Assembly: GCA_964016885.1 (NCBI GenBank)
Contig: OZ024747.1
Location: forward strand, 31,186,001 to 31,250,000
From: Eledone cirrhosa
Taxonomy: Eukaryota
Direction of reading: 5' to 3'
Length of the DNA stretch: 64,000 nucleotides
Under the pieces are notes generated by a model. The model did not search any database, was not told where the DNA came from, and saw nothing but the letters and a program-made list of their open reading frames with translations. Positions 1 through 13,748 of this stretch are shown one piece after another (position 1 is the stretch's first letter; each line of letters starts with the position of its first letter). Both the position numbers and the translations under genes were made by a program.

Positions 1-299
1 AATAATTTTTTTAAAAAATACTCCTACATTCTAAAAGTTATATTAAAAAAATCAGAACTTTTCAAATTATATATATATATATATGATTTGAAAAGTTCTG
101 ATTTATATATATATATATATATATATACATTGGACTTTGTATAACACTCTTTGGCAATCATATACTCTCCTATATAGCTCTCTGCATGCAAATAGAGTTA
201 TATTTTTACCCTTGCTATATATATATATATAAGGATAGAACCAGATAAAACTAATTAGATCATTACTCAACAGAGTACTCGATACTTGGGATAGTAGAG

Positions 300-419
<120 letters not shown>

Positions 420-1563
420 CTTTATACCTTGAAATATCAGTGGCAGAGTGGCTAAAGTGTTGAGCTACTAAATTGAAAATTAAAAGTTAGAACACATTTA
501 ATATGTTAAACGAGGATCTTGAATCCACAAGCTATTGAAGAAATAGATATATTTTGTTGGTCATATGCTTTTGTTGCAGTTGTTTAGCTATAGGCCTGTT
601 CTGAGTAAGCAGACCTGTAATCAATAGTAAGTTAGCCATGACCATCCTGATTCAGCAAACTTAGGATCAACTATTTATTAGTACGGTCTGTAAGTAGTAT
701 ATGGATAAAAGCTGGAGGGTAGATTAATTTCAAATTGTATCCATTTTTCTTTGTTCTGTAAAATCAAAGACTCTAAAACGACTTTATAAAAGCTAACACA
801 ATATTGTTAAACCTTCCTATAGATCAAAGGATGTATAGTTTAAGCCGTTTCTAGACTTTCGTGGGACGTTACTCGCTCTCTCTCTCTCTCTCTGAATATC
901 AAACACTTTAATTGTATCTCTCTCTGTATAACGGTCTATCTCTCTTTTTCTGTCTCTCCCTCTGTGTTTCTCTCTCTCTTTAGATGTGTGCATATATATT
1001 TGTGTGTGTGTGTGTAGTGTTTGTGTGATTCAACCTACCAACCAATAAACATCTCTTTTATATATAGAGAGAGATTTCATATAAAGATTGGTCATACTCT
1101 CATATGAATTAGTCAACATATTATAAATGAAAGTTTATACAGTAACTTGCCCAAAATAAAAAATAACAATTGCTCAAAGTAATTAGCAGGAAATTGCTGG
1201 AGAAGTAAGTAGGAAGTCATACACAAGCTACTATTTTGGGAACCAAGTCATGGGAGAAGCAGTAGAGGAAGACCTGCTCAAACATTCATTGATCAATCTT
1301 CAGACAATACAAACCTTCCCTTGATGCCTAAGCTTGTGCTTATTTTGCTTAATAGTTAATACAGCCCTGGTCTTGAAATTAGGTTACATGTATGGCTCAA
1401 TTTCTGTAGGTGGCTCTCAGTCATTGAAACAACTTATTTCACTACATTATACCTCACGAATTATGGCAGCTTTTCACAATAAAAGCAAATTGATATGCAC
1501 ATGAACATACACACATTACATATATATATATACATATATATACAAATATATATATATACAAAT

Positions 1564-1752
1564 ATCATCATCGATTAATGTCTGTCTTCCACGCTAGCAT
1601 GGGTTAGACGGGTTTGTCCCATTTAGAGGCAAGTTGGGTCGGGTGACCATATCTCGCTCATATAGGAGTGATTCTGGCTGAATTCCTATGGCTGGATAAA
1701 TTTCCTAACACCAACCACATTGACAGTGTGGGCTGAGTGCTTTTTGTTGTGA
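1564..1752 (-). mobile_element. RTE-type 3' tail / non-autonomous RTE-derived fragment
   Basis: (CAT)n tail, GTCTTCCACGCTAGCATGGGTTAGACGG and TTCCTAACACCAACCAC motifs shared with the RTE copies at 11065 and 42236. Confidence 0.7.
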
Positions 1753-1827
1753 GAATCCTTTTACAGTCTGAGCTGGATATTTTGTGGTACCAGTATAATA
1801 CACACACACATGCACACAGACACACAG

Positions 1828-1894
<67 letters not shown>

Positions 1895-1910
1895 AGTTTT
1901 AATATAGATG

Positions 1911-1961
1911 AGATTCTACAGGACTAGAACTGTTTCATTCTTTAGAAATCATCAGGAATCT
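1911..1961 (-). ncRNA. Type I hammerhead ribozyme motif (family A)
   Basis: Minus strand reads AGATTC-CTGATGA-TTTCTAAAGAAT-GAAA-CAG-TTCTAGTC-CTG-TA-GAATCT: intact core, 6-bp stem I, stem III CAG/CTG; flanked by (TA)n. Confidence 0.75.
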
Positions 1962-1974
1962 GGGTATATAAAAG

Positions 1975-2016
<42 letters not shown>

Positions 2017-2295
2017 TACATGCACATATCATGGTAATGATATACATATATATTCGCGTGCATGTACATATACCATATATATATGCAATATACATACACA
2101 TATCATATATATACATATGCACTTCATATATATATACACACATAAATATATCATCAACTTTGTTGATTAGCGTCCAGCATTCATGGGTAGGACGGTTTGA
2201 CCCTTAGGAAAAAAAATAGGTCAGGAGACCATGTTTAACTCACCCAGGGCAGATTTTGGCTTGGTTTCGGTGACCTTCCTACTGCCAACCACAAT

Positions 2296-4948
2296 ATACA
2301 GTGTGTGCTGGGAGGGTTTTGTCATAACACCGACATGACCACATTACAGTGTGGACTGGGCACCTTTGTCATGTCACCTACACGACCACATTACAGTGTG
2401 GACTGGACACCTTTGTCATGTCACCTACATGACCACATTAGTGTGGACTGGGCACCTTTGTCATGTCACAGACATGACTATATTACAGTGTAGACTGGAC
2501 ACCTTTGTCATGTCACCAACATGACCATATTACAGTGTGGACTGGGCACCTTTGTCAAGTCACCTACATGACCATATTACAGTGTGGACTGGACACCTTT
2601 GTCATGTCACCTACATGACCACATTACAGTGTGGACTGGACACCTTTGTCATGTCACCGACATGACCACATTACAGTGTGGACTGGACACCTTTGTCATG
2701 TCACCTACATGACCACATTACAGTGTGCATTGGGCACCTTTGTCATGTCACCGACACAACCACTTTACAGTGTGGACTGGGCACCTTTGTCATGTCACCA
2801 ACATGACCATATTACAGTGTAGACTGGGTACCTTTGTCATGTCACAGACATGACCACATTACAGTGTGGACTAGGCAACTTTGTCATGTAACCAACATAA
2901 CCACATTACAGTGTGGAATAGGCACCTTTGTCATGTCACCTACATGACCACATTACAGTGTGGACTGGACACCTTTGTCATGTCACCAACATGACCATAT
3001 AACATTGTAGACTGGGCACTTTTGTCTTGTCGCCAACATGACCACATTACAATGTGGAATAGGCACCTTTGTCATGTCACCTACACGACCACATTACAGT
3101 GTGGACTGGACACCTTTGTCATGGACACCTTTGTCATGTCACCTACATGACCACATTACAGTGTGGACTGGGCACCTTTGTCATGTCACCAACAGACCAC
3201 ATTACAGTGTGGAGTGGACACCTTTGTCATGTCACCGACACGACACCTTTGTCATGTCACCGACACAACCACTTTACAGTGTGGACTGGACACCTTTGTC
3301 ATGACACCAACATGACCACATTACAGTGTGGACTAGGCACCTTTGTCATGTCACCGACATGACCACATTACAGTGTGGACTGGGCTCCTTTGTCATGTCA
3401 CCAACATGACCACATTACAGTGTGGAATAGGCACCTTTGTCATGTCACCTACATGGCCACATTACAATGTGGACTGGGCACCTTGTCATGTCACCGACAC
3501 GACCACATTACAGTATGGACTGGGCACCTTTGTCATGTCAACTACACAACCACTTTACAGTGTGGACAGGACACCTTTGTCATGTCACCTACACGACCAC
3601 TTTACAGTGTGGACTGGACATCTTTGTCATGTTACCGACAGGACCACATTACAGTATGGACTGGACATCTTTGTCATGTCACAGACATGACCACTTTACA
3701 GTGTGGACTGGACACCTTTTTCATGTCACCTACATGACCACATTACAGTGTGGACTGGGTACCTTTGATCATGTCACCGACACGACCACATTACAGTGTG
3801 GACTGGACACCTTTGTCATGTCACCTACATGACCACATTACAGTGTGGACTGGACACCTTTGTCATGTCACCGACAGGACCACATTACAGTGTGGACTGG
3901 ACACCTTTGTCATGTCACCTACATGACCACTTTACAGTGTGGACTGGGCACCTTTGTCATGTCACCAACATGACCACATTACAGTGTGGACTGGACACCT
4001 TTGTCATGTCACCTACATGACCACATTACAGTGTGGACTGGGCACCTTTGTCATGTCACCAACATGACCACATTACAGTGTGGAGTGGACACCTTTGTCA
4101 TGTCACCGACATGACCACATTACCATGTGGGCTTGGCACCTTTGTCATGTCACCTACATGACCATGTTACAGTGTGGACTGGGTACCTTTGTCTTGTCAC
4201 CAACACGACTACATTAGAGTGTGGACTGGACACCTTTCTCATGTCACAGATATGACCACATTACAGTGTGGACTGGACACCTTTGTCATGTCACCTACAT
4301 GACCACATTACAGTGTGGACTGGGGACCTTTGTCATGTCACCGACATGACCACTTTACAGTGTGGACTGGACAACTTTGTCATGACACCGACATGACCAC
4401 ATTACAGTGTGGACTGGAGACCTTTGTCATGTCACCGACACGACCACTTTACAGTGTGGACTGGACACCTTTGTCATGACACCAACATGACCACATTACA
4501 GTGTGGACGAGGCACCTTTGTCATGTCACCAACATGACCACATTACAGTGTGGACTAGGCAACTTTGTCATGTCACCGACATGACCACATTACAGTGTGG
4601 ACTGGGCACCTTTGTCATGTCACCGACATGACCACATTACAGTGTGGACTGGACAACTTTGTCATGACACCGACATGACCACATTACAGTGTGGACTGGG
4701 CACATTTGTCTTGTCACCAACATGACCACATTACAGTGTGGACTGGACACCTTTGTCATGTCACCAATATAACCACATAACAATGTGGACTGGGCACCTT
4801 TGTCATGTCACCGACATGACCACATTACAGTGTGGACTGGACACCTTTGTCATGTCACGTACATGACCACATTATAGTGTGTATTGGACACCTTTGTCAT
4901 GTCACCGACACAACCACATTACAGTGTGGACTGGGCACCTTTGTCTTG
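2296..4948. repeat. 47-bp minisatellite, about 55 copies
   Basis: Unit ACATGACCACATTACAGTGTGGACTGGACACCTTTGTCATGTCACCN repeated in tandem with small variants. Confidence 0.97.
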
Positions 4949-5689
4949 GGACTAGGGAGATGGGGAGAAAGCTTGGGGAAAATGTAGACACGGTAGTAGG
5001 GGAGGTGCGGTTACTGTTAAGGGAGGTGAATGAGAGGGGAGAATGTTGAGGAAGGTGTTGCCTACTAGGTATAAACATCAGCCTGAGAATAATAAAGGGT
5101 GAGTCTTCTGTAAAACTGCATAGCGCCAAAGGGCATGGCCTTGTGTCAATGCCTTTGAGAGATGTAATTGTGCAAGGACAGCTTTTATAAATATACACAT
5201 ATATATGTACAAATATATACATATATAACAATAACTGTTTCAACACACGTTTTCAGATAAGAAATTAGGTAAGAAATCTCAGAAAAAAAAATCAATAACG
5301 AATATATATGTATATATATATATATTTATATATATAGACAATTATATATATATCTTATTTTGTATCATTTATTTTGTTTTGACCTGTTCAGCTTGATTTG
5401 TTTTTTGGCTTGGGTGGTTAATGCTTTCTTGACCACCTTTTCAGTTTTGTATGGCTCCTTAACACATTGTTTAGCTCTGGTTTTTAACTATTGAGCACTT
5501 TGCCAATATCATTTCTGATTTATGCGTTTCGCTTCGCTTTTCCTGCCTGCGGAAAATGCGATTCTCGCTGAATCTTTATTTGTATATATATATGAAGGAA
5601 CGATCGACTTTCGTCAAATCGGACCGAGGGAACAATGTTTCCGTTGGTCTTTCCAATTGCTAATACTATCTATCGGTCGCAACTCCAGG

Positions 5690-5812
5690 TAGAAGGAGCA
5701 ACGTGAAATAAAGTGTCTTGCTCAAGGACATAACGCATCGCCTGGTCCAGGAATCGAACTCACAACCTTACGATTGTGAATCCAATTCTCTAACCACTCA
5801 GCCACACGCCTT
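5690..5812 (-). mobile_element. tRNA-derived SINE head (family 2)
   Basis: Minus strand GGCGTGTGGCTGAGTGGTTAGA (A box), GAGTTCGATTCC (B box), GTCCTTGAGCAAGACACTTTATTTCAC; homologous to 20977-21120. Confidence 0.8.
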
Positions 5813-5817
5813 CACTA

Positions 5818-5858
<41 letters not shown>

Positions 5859-6193
5859 AAAAAATGGGGAGAAGAATACTGCAGGTTGCACATGGATAAC
5901 ATGTAATAAAATAAGTCCCTCATCAGTGATATATATATATATATATATAGTTAAATCTTAGACGGAAACAAAAACAGAGAGGCAGTAGAAATATGAGTTT
6001 ATTAGGTCCCCCCTATTCTTGCTTTCTTCTTATTCTCACTCCATTTTAAGCTACCTTAACTAGCAACTACACAGCCAATCCTATTCTGCATTTATTTTAT
6101 CACGTTTTTCGCTATGACCAGTCTTCTCTCTCCTTCTACCTACCTATTTCGTTACTATCTACTCTTAACCCTCTTTCTTCCTCTCCCTTTCTC

Positions 6194-6238
<45 letters not shown>

Positions 6239-6239
<1 letters not shown>

Positions 6240-6422
6240 GTTTCTACTTTAGGCACAAGGCCAGCAATAACCCAGTTCATTACTGGTACTTTATTTTATC
6301 GACCCCGTAAGGATGAAAGGCAAAGTCAACCTCGGCGGGATTTGAACTCAGACCGTAAAGGGACATAAGTATGCTGGAAAGCATGGCGTCCGACCCTCTA
6401 CCGATACTGCCAATCCACCGCC
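6239..6422 (-). mobile_element. tRNA-derived SINE (family 1)
   Basis: Minus strand GGCGGTGGATTGGCAGTATCGG (A box), GAGTTCAAATCC (B box), GCCTTTCATCCTTACGGGGTCGATAAAATAAAGTACC body. Confidence 0.88.
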
Positions 6423-6534
6423 TATATTTATATATATATCATCATCATCATCATCATCGTTTAACGTCCATCTTACACGCTGTTTATATATATATATATA
6501 TATACATACATATATACGTTCATATATATATAAA

Positions 6535-6612
6535 TATAGTTTCCATTTATTTAATATCATTGAATATTTACTCCAGGAAACTGTTGAGTGCTCTACATCA
6601 GTTATAAACATT
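6535..6612 (-). repeat. Short (TA)n-flanked interspersed repeat, second copy at 12822-12905 (+)
   Basis: ATAACTGAT..AGAGCACTC.ACAGT...CTGGAGTAA.TATTCAATGATATTAAATAAATGGAAACTATA occurs twice. Confidence 0.75.
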
Positions 6613-6700
6613 TATATTTATATTTGTCGGATTTCCAACAAATTAAATACCCCTTCTACTTATATACATATACGTTTATATATATATATATATATATATA

Positions 6701-7241
6701 CTAGCTAAAGTACCCGCCCTTTGGACGGTTCAAGTAGCTTTCGATGTAGCTCATTAAACTAAACAAAGTAAATTTGAATACATAGAAGAAAAACGTACAT
6801 TATGTAAACATGAAAACCTTAGGCACTATTCCAGCGAAATAACTAATATGTGAGCTCGGTGTCATCCATTATCCCATGTAACAACAGAAATCCAGTCTAG
6901 GTATACATTTTTTAAACAGTAAAACCTTTTGTTTCAAGTACAAAGAGTAAAGTAAAATCCGAATGAGCCGAATTGTAATAATCAAAATCAGAAAATAAAT
7001 TTTTGAGAACATCAATAATGAGTTCCTATTGTATTGACGAAAGATAACTCTTTCACGAAAATTGACACAGATAACCGAAACTTTTTTAATGTCACCAAAG
7101 TCTTTGTAGATCATGCACAGGTTTTGTGCAAGGAGAAGCTCTGTAAAACATTTCAGAGAAATCGCATGAATGGTTTAGAATATATGAGCCCTCATTAAAA
7201 ATTGTCCGCACAAACATACACACACATACAGAAAACTAAAT

Positions 7242-7250
<9 letters not shown>
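6701..7250 (-). mobile_element. Non-autonomous Helitron-like element
   Basis: On minus it starts TATATAAAGA...TGTATGTGTGTGTATGTTTGT and ends with a GC-rich subterminal segment then GCTAG; embedded in (TA)n. Confidence 0.6.
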
Positions 7251-7297
<47 letters not shown>

Positions 7298-7407
7298 GTT
7301 TATATATATATATATATATATAGATAGATATATACAGCTCGGAAATATTCCCTTCTTTGAGCTATTTAATTGTAAAAGACTATTTCGAGTTTATAACTCA
7401 ATATTTG

Positions 7408-7441
<34 letters not shown>

Positions 7442-7481
7442 TTCAAAATATTAACAAAATAGATATTCTTGTGATCAATTA

Positions 7482-7548
7482 TATTTTATTATACATATTT
7501 CAGAGGTACTGAGTTAAATTCAACAGTACGTCCTCATCAGATAAAATA
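7482..7548 (-). ncRNA. Minimal type I hammerhead ribozyme motif (family B)
   Basis: Minus strand TATTTTAT-CTGATGA-GGACGTACTG TTGAATTTAACT CAGTACCTCT-GAAA-TATGTA-TA-ATAAAATA; 8-bp stem I, GTACTG/CAGTAC in stem II. Confidence 0.72.
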
Positions 7549-7809
7549 AAATGATACATGACATACCCTGACATAGTACATGTTAAGATTCAATCATGGT
7601 AGTGATTAACTTATGACAAAGCTCAATATTTATACCCAAATATTGAGAACATGAGATAACATAATACAAACAATAGAGAGGGTGCGTGTAATTGAGTTTA
7701 AGAAATACATGGCACCAATATAACAGTTATAACATTTTTTTAATTTTTAAAAATTACTGGTAGTTTTTGAAAATTAAAAATGAAACAGTTCTAGTCCTGC
7801 AGAATCTCA

Positions 7810-7845
<36 letters not shown>

Positions 7846-7850
<5 letters not shown>

Positions 7851-8670
7851 AAAGGATAACAAGGACGATTGTTTACTCCTTCATTACATTTATTGGTAGC
7901 TGACGCGCGTTTCGCCACTGGTGTGTGTGTATGTATATAAGTGTGTATGTATGTATATATATCAGCATATTTGCGCATGTATATATATATACAACGTATT
8001 TGTCAGACTAAGAGTGTCTAGGTATGTATCTCCCCATGGACTCGACACCACCAACACATCCACCACACCACCACAAACGCCACTACCATAAACAACAACA
8101 CCACAACCATACCCCACACACGCCAACCCATCTACCGACAACCCACTACCCCCACACCACAGCCCATCCCAGTCAGCGACCGTCACCACCATATTATCAT
8201 CACAACCACCCCAACATACATAACAGGCCAAAGCCAATCCGCCACCACCACAGCCCATCACAGCCAGCGACCATCACCAACATCTTATCACATCCACCCC
8301 CACATACACTACAGGCCAGTACATCCCTTTGATCCTTCCCACAAATCAAAACAACTCATATTGTCAAACATTTGAACTTCTGTCTTTACCACATAGCATG
8401 TATTTCATTTTCTTATAGCATTTTAAAGGGTCCGTCGAGCTGCCGATCATTGAGTCGGGTAGGATCGATACAGATCGAACCTTGAGCTGTTCAGTGGCGA
8501 AACACGCATCACCTACCAATAAATGTAATAAAGGAGTAACCAATCGTCCTTGTTATCCTTTCAATATATTACACTCTGTATAGATCTACACCTCATCACA
8601 GAAGTGAACCTAAACATCGATTGCTCACCCGGGTGAACCTGCAGTAACTCCAAGTTACACCCACTGGATA
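7846..8670 (+). mobile_element. Penelope-like 3' remnant with inverted terminal copy and degenerate hammerhead
   Basis: 7846-7920 is an inverted copy of 8492-8567. GAAA-CGCGCG-TC 3' half of a hammerhead. About 7990-8050 encodes RLRVSRYVSPHGLDT, similar to the PLE endonuclease C-terminal P-x-G-L-N motif, followed by a CA-rich tract. Confidence 0.5.
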
Positions 8671-8967
8671 TATATATATTTAAATATGTGTTAGGTAATT
8701 CCATAGGAAAAGAAAAGGAAGAAAGAGTGCTCTATGTATAGAACAAAGCTATTTATTTAGAAAGTGAACAACACAAAATATAACTACTCCATTACGTCCG
8801 TAATTGTGGGTGAGTTTGAATGAAATAAATAGTCGTTGACCTAAGTTAGTCCATTTACAACATTCTTACAGACTTTGAGTCGAATCGGTTTGAAATTGTG
8901 CAAATGTATAAACATGGAACATGCACGCACACACACACAACAACAACAATCTGCCTTTTAAGGATAG

Positions 8968-9144
8968 TTGTTTCTACTTTAGGCACAAAGCCAGCAATTA
9001 CCCAGTGCATTACTGGTACTTTATTTTATCGACCCCGTAAGGATGAAAGGCAAAGTCAACCTCGGCGGGATTTGAACTCAGATCGTAAAGGGACGTAACT
9101 ATGTTGGAAAGCATGGCGTCCGACCCTCTACCGATACTGCCAAT
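8968..9144 (-). mobile_element. tRNA-derived SINE (family 1)
   Basis: Near-identical to 6239-6422. Confidence 0.88.
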
Positions 9145-9209
9145 GATATACAAATATATTTATATATATATATACAAACATATTTATATATATATAAATA
9201 TATACAAAT

Positions 9210-9245
<36 letters not shown>

Positions 9246-10118
9246 GAGTTAATAACTCAGAGTAGCCTCTTATAATTAAATAGCTCTAAGAAAAAAGCTT
9301 TTCCAAGCCGTACAATATAATTGGATAAACAAGAGAGATGAACACTAATATAAACATACATGTGTTCGAATCGCAAGGACCAAATTTGCTAGGGTGGAAA
9401 AATACTGCGAAACAGTCTCCAATATTGTCTAATTGTTACCAGGCGTTTTGCCCAATATAGGTCTGTTATTTTTCTTAATTTAATATTTAAAGTTAAGGAT
9501 AACAAACCATATTGCTGTTGTTAGTATTTTTTCACCCTAGCAAATTTTAGTCCTTACAATACGAACACATGTATGTTTATATTAGTGTTCATCTCTCTTG
9601 TTTATTCAATTATATTGTACAGCTCGGAAAAGCTTTTTTTCTCAGAGCTATTTAATTGTAAGAGACTACTATGAGTTCTTAACTCAATATATATTTGAAG
9701 GCTCCATCATGTAGAGCTAATTTTTAATGTCCTGTCAGCCAGGCTGCTATTTTTAGCGGCAGGGAATTTCGAGACAAGCTGGGTTCCGAATGACACGTGC
9801 GATAATTCATATCGTACACAATTCATTCTCTAATATTTTTAGAAGTGAAAGGATCACTAATTTCTCAACAACTACTGAGGAGCAGAGAAACATGAGAACT
9901 TCACTTAATAAGTCGTTGCAAAACAGTCTCCATTACTGTCTAGTTGTTACCAGGCGTTTTGCCCAATATAGGTCTGTTATTTTTCTTAATTTAATATTTA
10001 AAGTTAAGGATAACAAAACCATATTGCTGTAGTTAGTATTTTTTCACCCTAGCAAATTTGGTCCTTACGATTCGAACACATGTATGTTTATATGAGTGTT
10101 CATCTTTCTTTTTTATTC

Positions 10119-10124
<6 letters not shown>
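9246..10124 (+). mobile_element. (TA)n-flanked hammerhead element with inverted plus tandem terminal repeats (PLE pseudo-LTR-like)
   Basis: 9246-9406 is inverted relative to 9523-9685; 9405-9615 is repeated directly at 9917-10124; partial copy at 7334-7404. Confidence 0.7.
9867..9948 (+). ncRNA. Type I hammerhead ribozyme motif (family C)
   Basis: AACAACTA-CTGAGGA-GCAG...TTGC-AAAA-CAGT CTCCATT ACTG-TC-TAGTTGTT; 8-bp stem I. GAAA is mutated to AAAA here, but the partial copy at 9405 retains CTGC-GAAA. Confidence 0.68.
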
Positions 10125-10155
<31 letters not shown>

Positions 10156-10156
10156 T

Positions 10157-10905
10157 CATCATCATCGTTTAACGTCCCTGTTCCACGCTTGCATGGGTTT
10201 GGACGGGGGTTTTCCCACTTGAGGCAAGAGTGGTTGTCTTAACTCGCATAGGACTGTCTGGCGGGTTTTCTACAGCTGGATGCCCTTCCTAACACCAACC
10301 ACATTTACAGTGTGGGACTGGGAGGCTTTTACCGTGTTGCCTAGACGGCCACATTACAGCATGGACTGTGTTTTTTGTCGTGACACCTACACGATCTCAT
10401 TTGTTTCGGCCTGGATGTTGTGGGACCAACATAACTTTGCATTGAAGGGGGCGGTGTGGATGGGGTGGGACGGGGGTGTATTTTGTTACAGATGCCTACT
10501 GACTAGTAGGTTTTACTTTGTATTTAGGTAAGGCGGGTCTTCTCTGTTACTGAGTACCGCCAAAGGTCTCGGTCCAGTGACATTTTCTTGGAGAGGTGTA
10601 AGTGTGTGAGGTCGGAATTTATCAGCTCGTCCCAGGTTTTCCTGGGTCTGCCTACTCCGTGGCTACCATCTATCTTTATTGCCCTGCACTTTTTTATACA
10701 GCTGTCGTCTTTCATGCGCATCAGGTGACCGTACCAACGTAGCCTTCTCTCGAGTAAACAACATCTGATCCCTCTTATTTCTAATTTTTTCCTTAGTTCG
10801 TTTATGCTTTGCCGTTCACGTATATTACTATTACACATCCAGCGGAGCATGCAAGCTTCGTTCCTCTCTAGTCTGCGTATATCCTCTGCACACAATGCCC
10901 AGATA
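10157..10905 (-). mobile_element. 5'-truncated RTE-clade LINE
   Basis: RT C-terminus RRLERNEACMLRWMC...RRLRWYGH...GRPRKTW; 3' UTR with GGATGCCCTTCCTAACACCAACC and (ATG)n tail. Confidence 0.9.
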
Positions 10906-11064
10906 GATATATAAATATATACAAATATATATATATAAATATATGCAAATATATTTACATATATATAAAATCGTGTGTCGAAACAAATATTTTTATTCTT
11001 GTGGAGGGTCATATTGTTGTAATATTGCCAGAAATATATAAACAACTACAAATATATATATATA

Positions 11065-12472
11065 TCATCATCACCGTTTTACGTCCGTTCTTCCATGCTA
11101 GCATGGGATAGACGGGTTGTCCTGTTGTAGGCAGTGTCCAGTTGGCTGACCTTATCTTGCTCATAGTGGAAGTGATTCTGGCTTAATTTCTACAGCTGGA
11201 TGCCCTTCCTAAAACCAACTTCCTTTACAGTGAGTGCTGGCTGCTTCTTTTCCGTGGCGCCTACAAGTCCACTTTACAGTGTGCGCTGGGTGCTTTTTTG
11301 CCGTGGCACCTCCACGACCACTTTGCAGTGGGAGGGCGCTGGGCATATTGTCTATATGCTTCAGCTTGTACCCGTGGGAAGTTGGGTCTTCTGTATTACT
11401 GCCTGACGCCAGAAGTCACGGTCGTGTCATCGCCTTTGAAAGGAGCAATTCGGTAAGGTCGACTTTTATCACCTCATGCCAGGTCTTCTTGTGTCTCCCC
11501 ACTCCATGGCTTCCATCGACTTCTAGTGCTCTGCATCTTTTTATGCAGCTGTCATCCTTCATACGCATCGCATGTCCATACCAACGCAACCTCCTCTCCT
11601 GCACACAGCATTTAATTCCTCTTATGCTCAATCTCTCTCTCAATTTGTTTATGCTTTGCTGTGTGCATATATTACTATTACACATCCATCGGAGTATGCA
11701 AGCTTCATTTCTTTCTAATCTAAGCAAGTCTCCTACACGCAACACCCAGGTAGCATTGGTGTTCGTATACATGCATCATACAGTCTGCCTTTCATTTTGA
11801 GGGAAAAGCCTTTTGCAGCTAGCAGTGGCAGTAGATCCCTAAACTTCTTCCACCCCATTCATAACCTGGTTACTGTACTTTCCGAACATTCACCTCCACT
11901 GTTAATTCAGTCACCTTGGTAGAAAAAGCTATCTACTATTTCTACAGAGCCCTCCCAGAGTTTAGTGGTGCATGTTTCCTGCAGCCATTTCCTGCTTACT
12001 GTCCCGGTGCAGCTGCTACATATGAAGCCTACATTGCTAACTAAGCTTCCTGAGATCCCACTACATCTCTTGTGTACACATAGTTTGCATTTGGGGCAGC
12101 GGATGCAATACCTACCTACACCTTCCCTACATACTGAGCAAGACCATTTCCCGGAGGGGATCAGGGTTCTGTTTTCTCGTCTACTTACGAGAATCTTAGT
12201 CTTTATCAGGTTGACTGTGAGACCCCTTCTTTCTAATCCCTGATTACATGTTTCGAATTTCTTCTTTAGTTCCGCCATAGATTCAGCTATAAGTGTAAGA
12301 TCCTCCACATACCGAAGTTCCCATAGGGATCCGGTCTTAAATTCCTCTGTTATAGCCCGCAATACTAAAATAAACAGGAGAGGGTTAAGAACAGCGTCCT
12401 GGTGGAGACCAACCTGTATGCTAAATTCCTTGCTATAGTTATTGTTAACATTAACTTAGCTGACTGCTCCTC
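11065..12472 (-). mobile_element. 5'-truncated RTE-clade LINE, frameshifted
   Basis: ORFs 11907-12362 (WELRYVEDL, Cys-rich insert) and 11416-11772 (RLRWYGH); RTE tail. Confidence 0.9.
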
Positions 12473-12508
12473 TATATATGTACAAATATATATATATGTA
12501 GAAATTTA

Positions 12509-12592
<84 letters not shown>

Positions 12593-12595
<3 letters not shown>

Positions 12596-12763
12596 TGTAA
12601 AGGTGGTTGGTGTTAGGAAGGGCATCCATCCATAGAAAACCTGCCAGATAGTCATATACGAGCGAAACACGGTCACCCAACCAATCTTGCCTCAAGTTGG
12701 ACAATTCCCATCTAACTCATCCAAGTGTGGAAGATAAATTCAACGATGATGATGATGATGATG
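12593..12763 (+). mobile_element. RTE-type tail fragment
   Basis: GGTTGGTGTTAGGAAGGGCATCC followed by an (ATG)n tail. Confidence 0.7.
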
Positions 12764-12932
12764 ATATATATATGTATAAATATATATATATTTATATATA
12801 AATATATATATATATATGTAGAAGTATTTATAACTGATTCAGAGCACTCGACAGTAATCTGGAGTAAGTATTCAATGATATTAAATAAATGGAAACTATA
12901 TTTATAAAACCATATTTATTCTATTATATATA

Positions 12933-13748
12933 TTTCCAGTTTCAAGCATATTAGCTATCGTCAGCAACGTATGCTGCCAGATGGTTGAACATCTGAAAGT
13001 ATATACTTTCCTTATGCATATTAACGGCTGAGCAGCCTAATTTGCATACCGAGTGAGTTAATCGGCCGGGTGCACCGAAAACGATAAACGGAAAGAATGA
13101 AACAAAATTCCATTTCTCACTCTTAGTGCGGCTGTTACTTAAATATAAGTATGTATACATACATACATATATGTACACAGACGTACAGTAGAATGTATAT
13201 ATATATATACATACATGCACACATATATACATTTACATATGGATTCAAACATCCGTACTAAGAGTAAACAAACATCCGTACTAAGAGTGAGAAATGAAAT
13301 TTCATTTCATTTTTTACGTTTATCGTTTTCGGTACCCCGGCCGATTAACTCACTCGATATGCAAATTAGGCTACTCAGCCGTTAATATGCATAAGGAAAG
13401 TATATACTTTCAGACGTTCAACCATCTGGCAGGAAGGTATACGTTGCTGACGATAGCTAATAAGCTTGAAACTAGTACAGCGTTCCTTTGTCAGTGTTGA
13501 ACAAATAAGCAACGATGGTTGCTAGACACTCTACGGCTTAATTCGGGATGTTTGTTTACAAACACACCGAGCATTATAATAAATGTTCGGTGAATCCATA
13601 CGTACATGTATATATGTGTGCATGTATGTATTTATATATATACATACTACTGTACGTCTGTATACATATATGTATGTACGTATACATACTTATATTTAAG
13701 TAACAGCCGTACTAAGAGTGAGAAATGAAATTTTGTTTCATTTTTTCC

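Noticed and set aside
2296-4948. CRISPR-like regular array / repeat-protein ORFs
   Set aside because: There are no unique spacers or cas genes; the units are wholly repeated and the ORFs are by-products of the minisatellite.
5515-5578. Hammerhead-like fold on minus (GATT...GAAA-CGCA-TA-AATC)
   Set aside because: The 5' core reads CAGCGA rather than CUGANGA and there is only one copy in the window; too degenerate to call.
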